From an uncultured Sphingomonadaceae bacterium (GTDB taxonomy: Bacteria; Pseudomonadota; Alphaproteobacteria; Sphingomonadales; Sphingomonadaceae), in contig CAYRBB010000007.1 in the NCBI GenBank assembly GCA_964422435.1, positions 12,363 to 76,362 of the forward strand: a stretch of 64,000 nucleotides of DNA, read 5' to 3'. Shown here piece by piece: positions 58,089-64,000 of the stretch. Below the pieces are notes generated by a model, which did no database searches, was not told the DNA's origin, and was given only the letters and a program-made list of their open reading frames with translations. Position 1 is the first letter of the stretch. Each line of letters begins with the position of its first letter. Made by a program: the position numbers and the translations under genes.

Positions 58089-60623
58089 CTATTTCTTCGC
58101 TGCAACCTTCTTCTTTGCGGGGGCCTTCTTTGCGGGGGTCTTTCTTTTACGTTTCTTGGCAGGGCTCTTTGCAGCCTTATCCGCAATCAAGGCGAGCGCT
58201 TCTTCCAGCGTCAGTGCTTCTTTGTCCTTGTCCTTCGGGATCGTCGCATTGACGTTTCCGTCTGTAACATAGGGGCCGTAGCGACCGTCCATCAGCTTCA
58301 CGTCGTCACCCGCCTCGGTCTTGCCGAGCACCTTCAGAGGTTCCCGGCTTCTCCGCCCTCGACCGCCCTTGTTGGCAGCTTCGGCGAGCAGAATGACAGC
58401 AGCGTTCATGCCGACATCGAACACATCGCGGGTGCCCGAAAGCTTGGCGTATTTGCCATCGTGGCGAAGGTAAGGTCCATAGCGCCCAATCGCAGCCTCT
58501 ATATCCTTGCCGGTTTCCGGATGTTGCCCGACAATGCGGGGCAGATCGAGGAGCTTTACTGCCCATTCCAGATCAAAGTCGTCGACATCCTTGGGAATGG
58601 AAGCCCGCTTCGCTTCCTTGCCATCGCCCATTTGAACATAGGGCCCGAAACGGCCTGACTTGCGCTCGATAACCTCGCCCGTTTCGGGATGTTCACCCAT
58701 TGCGCCATCGTCTGATCCGTCATCCTTGCCAGGTTGGCCGAACTTCCGGCGGAAGTTGCACTCCGGATAGTTTTCGCACCCGATGAACGCGCCATAACGG
58801 CCACCGCGCAGGTGAAGCTCGCCACCGTCGCGGCCCTGTTCGGCGCAAAGGGGGCACCAGCGCGGATGATTGCCGTCTTCGCGCTCTGGGAAAAGGAAGT
58901 CGGCGAGAAACTCGTCCAGGACCTCGGTGACTTCCGATGGCTGGCGTTCCATGACCTCGTCGCTCTTTGGCTTGAAGTCGCGCCAGAAGGTGCTGAGCAG
59001 TGCCTTGTATTCGGCGCGGCCGCCGGACACGTCGTCCAGTTCTTCTTCCAGTTCCGCGGTAAAATCATAGGCGACATAGCGGGGGAAGAACCGTTCCAGA
59101 AACGCCGTGAGGAGGCGCCCCGAATCTTCTGCAAAAAAACGGTTTTTCTCCATCCGGACATAGTCACGATCGCGCAAGGTCTGAATGGTGGAGGCATAGG
59201 TGGACGGGCGACCGATGCTGAGTTCTTCCAGCCGCTTTACCAAAGAAGCTTCGGAGAAGCGCGGGGGCGGCTGGGTGAAGTGCTGTGTCGCTTCGACAGC
59301 CTTCTTCGCCGGCGCGTCGCCCTTGCGCATGACCGGCAGAAGGTTGTCATCATCACTATCCGATGTGTCATCGAAGCTTTCGGAATAGACCGCCAGGAAG
59401 CCCGGGAACTTCACCACCTGACCCGTGGCGCGCAGCTCGTGCTTGCCGGTCGGGTCACGCATGGTGACAGTGGTGCGCTCAAGCTGCGCGGTCGCCATCT
59501 GGCTCGCCATCGCACGCTTGAAGATCAGGTCGTAAAGCTTCGCCTCGTCACCCGAACCTGCGCGCTCCTTCTTGAAATTGGTCGGTCGGATTGCCTCGTG
59601 CGCTTCCTGCGCATTCTTGGCCTTTGACTGGTAGAAACGCGGCTTTTCGGGGCGGTAATCGCTCGAAAAACGCTCGGCAATGGCATCGCGCGCCGCAAGA
59701 ATCGCACTCATATCCATCTGCACGCCGTCGGTACGCATGTAAGTGATCGCACCGGCTTCATAGAGGGACTGGGCACAGCGCATCGTGTGGCTGGCCGAGA
59801 AGCCGAGCTTGCGCGCAGCCTCCTGTTGCAGGGTGGAGGTGGTAAATGGCGGCGCCGGGCTCCGCTTGAGCGGCTTGGTCTCAACCTCTTCCACGGTAAA
59901 GCGGCCCTGCTCGACAGCAGCCTTGGCCGCGTCTGCAGCGCCCTTGTCGCCAAGCGTCAGCTTTTCGAGCTTCTTGCCGTCAAACCGCACCAGGCGACCA
60001 TCGAAAGCCGTCCCGTCATGCTCCATCTTGGCGACAACGGACCAGTACTCATCCGCCCTGAAGACTTCGATTTCGCGTTCACGCTCACAGATCAAGCGCA
60101 GGGCAACCGACTGCACACGGCCAGCCGATTTCGCACCGGGCAGCTTGCGCCACAGAACGGGGCTGAGCGTGAAGCCGAACAGGTAATCGAGCGCGCGTCG
60201 GCCAAGATACGCGTCGATCAGATCCTGATCGAGCTCGCGCGGCGCTTTCATCGCGTCAGTCACCGCCTGCTTGGTGATCGCGTTAAAGGTCACACGCTCC
60301 ACGGCGGACGGCAAAGCCTTGCGGTTCTTCAGCAGCTCCAGAACGTGCCAGCTGATCGCTTCGCCTTCACGGTCAGGGTCAGTTGCCAGGATCAGCCGGT
60401 CTGATTTCTTCGCCGCGTCCGCAATTGCCTTGACCTGCTTGCGGTTACGCTGGTCGGCATAGACCTCCCAATCCATCGCGAAATCTTCATCCGGGCGAAC
60501 GCTGCCATCCTTGGGCGGCAGATCACGAACATGGCCGTAGCTGGCGAGAACCTTGAAGTCCTTGCCCAGATATTTCTCGATGGTCTTCGCCTTGGCTGGC
60601 GACTCAACAATAACGAGCTGCAT
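58089..60623 (-). CDS. topA: DNA topoisomerase I
   Basis: VIVESPAK, ATDPDREGE, SAGRVQS, ITYMRTD catalytic Tyr, IGRPSTY; C-terminal repeats and Lys/Ala-rich tail. Confidence 0.99.
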   Translation of the reverse strand: MQLVIVESPAKAKTIEKYLGKDFKVLASYGHVRDLPPKDGSVRPDEDFAMDWEVYADQRNRKQVKAIADAAKKSDRLILATDPDREGEAISWHVLELLKNRKALPSAVERVTFNAITKQAVTDAMKAPRELDQDLIDAYLGRRALDYLFGFTLSPVLWRKLPGAKSAGRVQSVALRLICEREREIEVFRADEYWSVVAKMEHDGTAFDGRLVRFDGKKLEKLTLGDKGAADAAKAAVEQGRFTVEEVETKPLKRSPAPPFTTSTLQQEAARKLGFSASHTMRCAQSLYEAGAITYMRTDGVQMDMSAILAARDAIAERFSSDYRPEKPRFYQSKAKNAQEAHEAIRPTNFKKERAGSGDEAKLYDLIFKRAMASQMATAQLERTTVTMRDPTGKHELRATGQVVKFPGFLAVYSESFDDTSDSDDDNLLPVMRKGDAPAKKAVEATQHFTQPPPRFSEASLVKRLEELSIGRPSTYASTIQTLRDRDYVRMEKNRFFAEDSGRLLTAFLERFFPRYVAYDFTAELEEELDDVSGGRAEYKALLSTFWRDFKPKSDEVMERQPSEVTEVLDEFLADFLFPEREDGNHPRWCPLCAEQGRDGGELHLRGGRYGAFIGCENYPECNFRRKFGQPGKDDGSDDGAMGEHPETGEVIERKSGRFGPYVQMGDGKEAKRASIPKDVDDFDLEWAVKLLDLPRIVGQHPETGKDIEAAIGRYGPYLRHDGKYAKLSGTRDVFDVGMNAAVILLAEAANKGGRGRRSREPLKVLGKTEAGDDVKLMDGRYGPYVTDGNVNATIPKDKDKEALTLEEALALIADKAAKSPAKKRKRKTPAKKAPAKKKVAAKK

Positions 60624-60643
60624 AATATTCCGGTGAGTGTCCT

Positions 60644-60663
60644 TACACGTGTACGTACGCGCG
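60644..60663. other. 20-nt perfectly alternating purine/pyrimidine tract with nested palindromes in the topA leader
   Basis: TACACGTGTACGTACGCGCG contains TACACGTGTA, GTACGTAC and CGCGCG. Confidence 0.6.
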
Positions 60664-60719
60664 AGGGTGGTGCGGGTTTTGCGGTTTCGTCAAGCGGGTG
60701 AAGCGCGAGCGATGCAAAA

Positions 60720-61391
60720 TCAAGCAAAGACTTCGGTCAGCGAGGCGGTTTCATCGCTCAGCTGGCGGTAAGCAGACACGGACAAGCCGGCTAGCAAGAC
60801 CGGAAGGACATGAATCCAGACCCAGAAGAGATCATCCCCCGCCACAACGTCCATCATGTCAGCCAGACCCACGATCGCAGCGATGATGCCGAACGACAAA
60901 CCCCAGATCATGCACATTACCGACACGGCAATGGTCAGGTAGAGCGTATTTTCCGAACTGGCATTCCAGCTTTCGCCTATCGCTTGAATGAGGTTGCGCT
61001 TGCGGGCGACAAGATAGGTCGGAGCCATGATCCACTTGGCGATGAGGATAAGACCCGGAATGAAGAACAGGTTGAGACCGATGGAGATCGGTATGATCAG
61101 CACAATCGCCATCCCGAAGAATTCGGCGAGCCGCCATTTGCCATCCTGCAGCATGCCCGCCTTGCGCAGCATCGCCTGATAGAGCCAGTACTGCGCAACG
61201 AAGTAGCCCAGAATGATGATCAACGGGCTCGCGAGACTGAAGGAATAGCCGACCCAGCGTGTCGGTAGCAGCAGCATCGCGGCGAAAATAACGAAGTAGG
61301 CTGCAAGCTCCTTGCGCACCAGAGCCAGCTCGCGAAATGATCCGGCAAGCAGATCGATAACGTTTGCGCGCTTTTCCTGTAAATAGCTCAT
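60720..61391 (-). CDS. Multi-pass membrane protein, tandem paralog A
   Basis: MSY start, 5-6 hydrophobic segments, GESWNAS, C-terminal EVFA. Confidence 0.75.
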   Translation of the reverse strand: MSYLQEKRANVIDLLAGSFRELALVRKELAAYFVIFAAMLLLPTRWVGYSFSLASPLIIILGYFVAQYWLYQAMLRKAGMLQDGKWRLAEFFGMAIVLIIPISIGLNLFFIPGLILIAKWIMAPTYLVARKRNLIQAIGESWNASSENTLYLTIAVSVMCMIWGLSFGIIAAIVGLADMMDVVAGDDLFWVWIHVLPVLLAGLSVSAYRQLSDETASLTEVFA

Positions 61392-61401
61392 CGCTGGGAG
61401 C

Positions 61402-62112
61402 TCAGGCGAAGACTTCGCGCACCTCTTCGTTGCCGTCGCTGACCGACAGGTAAACGGCGATCCCGAAGGCAAGGAACAGCGCGGTGGACGCAGCTTCAAC
61501 CAAGGCGGAAACGGCACTCCCGGCTGTCACACCAAGAATTCCGGTGACACCCGCAACGAGAGCGCTTGCCATGAAGACGAGAAGCAGCAGCACGATACCC
61601 GCAGCCAGAATGAGCCAGCTGCTTCCGCTGGTCGCTTCCCAGCTCTTGCCGAAGGCTTCAGAAACACTGCAGTCCTCACCGATTACATAACCTGAAGTTG
61701 CGCTCCACCGGATAAGCAGAATGACACCAGGAATAATCAGGAGCAAAAAGCCGACTATCATTGCCAGTACAGAAAGGATGTACATTCCAAGATAGGCCCA
61801 GAACCTGTTCCCGTGATCGGAATGCTCGCGCTCGGACAGCAGCAAGCGTTTGAGCAGCAGATAATTGGCAATGATGGAAACAACCAGAAGGCCAAGGTCG
61901 AAAGCCGCGGAAGTCAAGCTGTCAGACTGGTCAATCAGGAACTCCATGCTGACAGCGGAAGAAGAGATGTCCGTAAAATTCAGAAGATATCCAACAGCGG
62001 TTAAACCGCCGATTACCGCCACATAGGCGGCAAATTCACGCGCATTCTTCGATACAAGCTCGAAAGTACGGCTCAATAACTGACCGACTTCAACGTTGCT
62101 GCCGTAACTCAT
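61402..62112 (-). CDS. Multi-pass membrane protein, tandem paralog B
   Basis: MSY start, LLLIIPGVILLIRW, GKSWEAT, C-terminal EVFA. Confidence 0.78.
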   Translation of the reverse strand: MSYGSNVEVGQLLSRTFELVSKNAREFAAYVAVIGGLTAVGYLLNFTDISSSAVSMEFLIDQSDSLTSAAFDLGLLVVSIIANYLLLKRLLLSEREHSDHGNRFWAYLGMYILSVLAMIVGFLLLIIPGVILLIRWSATSGYVIGEDCSVSEAFGKSWEATSGSSWLILAAGIVLLLLVFMASALVAGVTGILGVTAGSAVSALVEAASTALFLAFGIAVYLSVSDGNEEVREVFA

Positions 62113-62133
62113 ATGCGCCCCTGCTTCTTGCTC

Positions 62134-63258
62134 TCAGCCCGAAAGACTGACCCTTCCACCTGCATGTCTGACGAGATTTCCTGCAATCTCAAGCTCTAAC
62201 AGCGCCATTTGCACAGCGGCGGCGCTTTTGCCGGATTGTCGGATGAGTTCGTCAACAGCAACCGGTGCGGTGGTGAGAAGGTTGGCAACATCTGCGCTCT
62301 CTACTTCATCTGTATCGCAGAAGTCGGTAAAGTCGGCGGGCCCAACGTGCTCGCTGAAAGATGACCGTGAAAGGCCATCGAAACCGGAAAGCAGCTCCAT
62401 CACATCCTCCGCCGACTGCACAAGGACAGCTCCTTCCCGGATCAGATGGTTGCAACCCTGGCTGCGGGCTTCCAGCGGGCTGCCCGGTATCGCCATGACC
62501 TCGCGCCCTGCTTCTCCAGCGAGCCTAGCAGTAATCAAAGAGCCGGACTTGGTCGCGGCTTCGACAACCAAAGTGCCTGACGAGAGCCCTGCAATGATCC
62601 GATTCCGTTTCGGAAAATGCTGGCCACGTGGTTGTGTACCGGGTGCTTCCTCGGCGATCAGCAGCGCCTCACTGGCGATTTGCTCCTGTAACTTGGCATG
62701 CTGCGGCGGGTACGCAATGTCGATACCGCTTGCGATCACACCGATCGTGTGCGGCATTGCACCTTCGTGGCACGCCCCATCAATACCCCGCGCTAGTCCG
62801 GACACGACACTAAAACCGCTTTCGCCCAGTTCCCGCGCGAAATCGCGCGCAAGCTTGACCGCCGCTGCCGAGGCATTGCGCGCACCGACCATCGCCACGC
62901 TGGGCTTTGCCGCAAGCGACAGATCTCCCCGCACGGTCAGGATGGGCGGGGCGCCCTCCAGCTCGGACAACAGCGCTGGATAGTCCGCACTGTCGTGAAA
63001 CACATAGCGTGCGCCGGAAGTCCGGGCAGCGCTTACTTCTTGCTCGATCCGTGCCTTTGGAGCGGGTGTGTAATTCCTTTTTGCCCCGCGCCGCGCAAGA
63101 TCGGGCAGAGCCTCCAGCGCGGCTACGGCCGTCCCAAACCTTTGCAAAAGCTGCGCGTAGGTCACCGGGCCGATATTGGCTGAACGCAGCAACCGGATGC
63201 GCGCAAAGGCTTCCTCCTGCGAAATAGAAGTCGTTGCCGTGCCCCCGCTTTCGATCAC
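62134..63258 (-). CDS. dprA: DNA-processing protein DprA
   Basis: VGARNAS, VSGLARGID, FPKRNRIIAG, SGSLITA, PGSP..GCNHLIREGA; C-terminal winged helix. Confidence 0.96.
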   Translation of the reverse strand: MIESGGTATTSISQEEAFARIRLLRSANIGPVTYAQLLQRFGTAVAALEALPDLARRGAKRNYTPAPKARIEQEVSAARTSGARYVFHDSADYPALLSELEGAPPILTVRGDLSLAAKPSVAMVGARNASAAAVKLARDFARELGESGFSVVSGLARGIDGACHEGAMPHTIGVIASGIDIAYPPQHAKLQEQIASEALLIAEEAPGTQPRGQHFPKRNRIIAGLSSGTLVVEAATKSGSLITARLAGEAGREVMAIPGSPLEARSQGCNHLIREGAVLVQSAEDVMELLSGFDGLSRSSFSEHVGPADFTDFCDTDEVESADVANLLTTAPVAVDELIRQSGKSAAAVQMALLELEIAGNLVRHAGGRVSLSG

Positions 63259-63869
63259 TTCTTACTGCCGACCCTGGGTTCCTCACCCTTCATCAACCGG
63301 CCGATATTTGCGCGGTGGAGCCAGATGATCAGCCCGGCAATCAGTGCAAGAACAGGCACGAATTGCGGGAAACCAACAGCATAGGCAGCAACTGCCGCTG
63401 CCACCACTGCGCTCATCCCCGCTACAGAGGAAATCCGTCCGATGGCCAGCACCACAATCCAGACGATCGCGTAGGCGGCGCCAATGGGCCAGGCGAGACC
63501 GAAACTAACGCCGGCATTGGTCGCCACACCTTTGCCCCCTTTGAACTTGAGCCAGACGGGAAAGCAGTGGCCCAGAACCGCGCCGACTGCGGCAAAAGAC
63601 ATGCACTGCCAGAGCTGGCCGGCAGGCTGGTTACGACTCCAAATCCACGCTGCGATGAGCACGGGCACCAGCCCCTTCGCAAAATCCAGCAACAGCGTTG
63701 CCGCGGCCAGCCCCTTGTTTCCGGTGCGCAGGACATTGGTGGCCCCGATATTGCCCGAACCGATCTTGCGGATATCCCCCACTCCCGCCGCCTTCGCGAG
63801 CAAGAGACCGAAGGGAACCGATCCAAAAGCGTAACCGAGCAACAGCGCGAGCAAGATGTCCATTGCCAA
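63255..63869 (-). CDS. plsY: Glycerol-3-phosphate acyltransferase PlsY
   Basis: GSVPFG, GSGNIGATN, GHCFPVWLKFKGGKGVAT, HRANIGRL..GEE. Confidence 0.96.
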   Translation of the reverse strand: MAMDILLALLLGYAFGSVPFGLLLAKAAGVGDIRKIGSGNIGATNVLRTGNKGLAAATLLLDFAKGLVPVLIAAWIWSRNQPAGQLWQCMSFAAVGAVLGHCFPVWLKFKGGKGVATNAGVSFGLAWPIGAAYAIVWIVVLAIGRISSVAGMSAVVAAAVAAYAVGFPQFVPVLALIAGLIIWLHRANIGRLMKGEEPRVGSKK

Positions 63870-63946
63870 TCCCTAGCCTCTGCTCAAGCACTTGGGAACG
63901 CCCAACCTTGTCGAAAATGGAGGAAGGTATTAGGCGAGGTGTTCAG

Positions 63947-64000
63947 ATGGACCTTTCCGCACAATCCCCGATCCTGCTTTTCGATTCCGGCCTCGGCGGA
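63947..64000 (+). CDS. murI: Glutamate racemase, 3'-truncated by window edge
   Basis: Hand translation MDLSAQSPILLFDSGLGG matches the MurI N-terminal FDSGxGG motif; divergent from plsY. Confidence 0.82.
   Translation, partial: MDLSAQSPILLFDSGLGG

Overview
A 64-kb, mostly core-chromosome window from a GC-rich alphaproteobacterium. Gene order and protein style suggest Sphingomonadales, probably Erythrobacteraceae (inference). Core content: sdhE (partial), mfd, NAD kinase, tRNA-Asn, secA, argJ, the ahcY-divL-tsaE-amgK-murU-addB-addA-trxA block, folE, tRNA-Arg(ACG), two Flp pilins, accA, xerD, aroKB, gor, an RhlE-like helicase, pgi, lepB-rnc-era, topA, dprA, plsY and murI (partial). I see no CRISPR array, IS element or prophage. 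Four small genes missing from the ORF track were read by hand: the sdhE 3' end, a 59-aa Flp pilin, a 45-aa membrane peptide and the murI 5' end. Best leads: (1) an 87-aa signal-peptide ORF just upstream of secA, arranged like a SecM-type translation-arrest secretion monitor but without a RAPP/SecM-type motif; (2) a low-GC two-gene cassette (DUF2188 plus an NDT/TIR-like protein) with its own promoter and a 7-bp flanking direct repeat, between pgi and tspO; (3) a stand-alone SIR2/AbiH-like protein in the same gor-pgi interval. Leads 2 and 3 are candidate anti-phage modules. All motif calls and alignments were made by eye; no database search or folding program was run.
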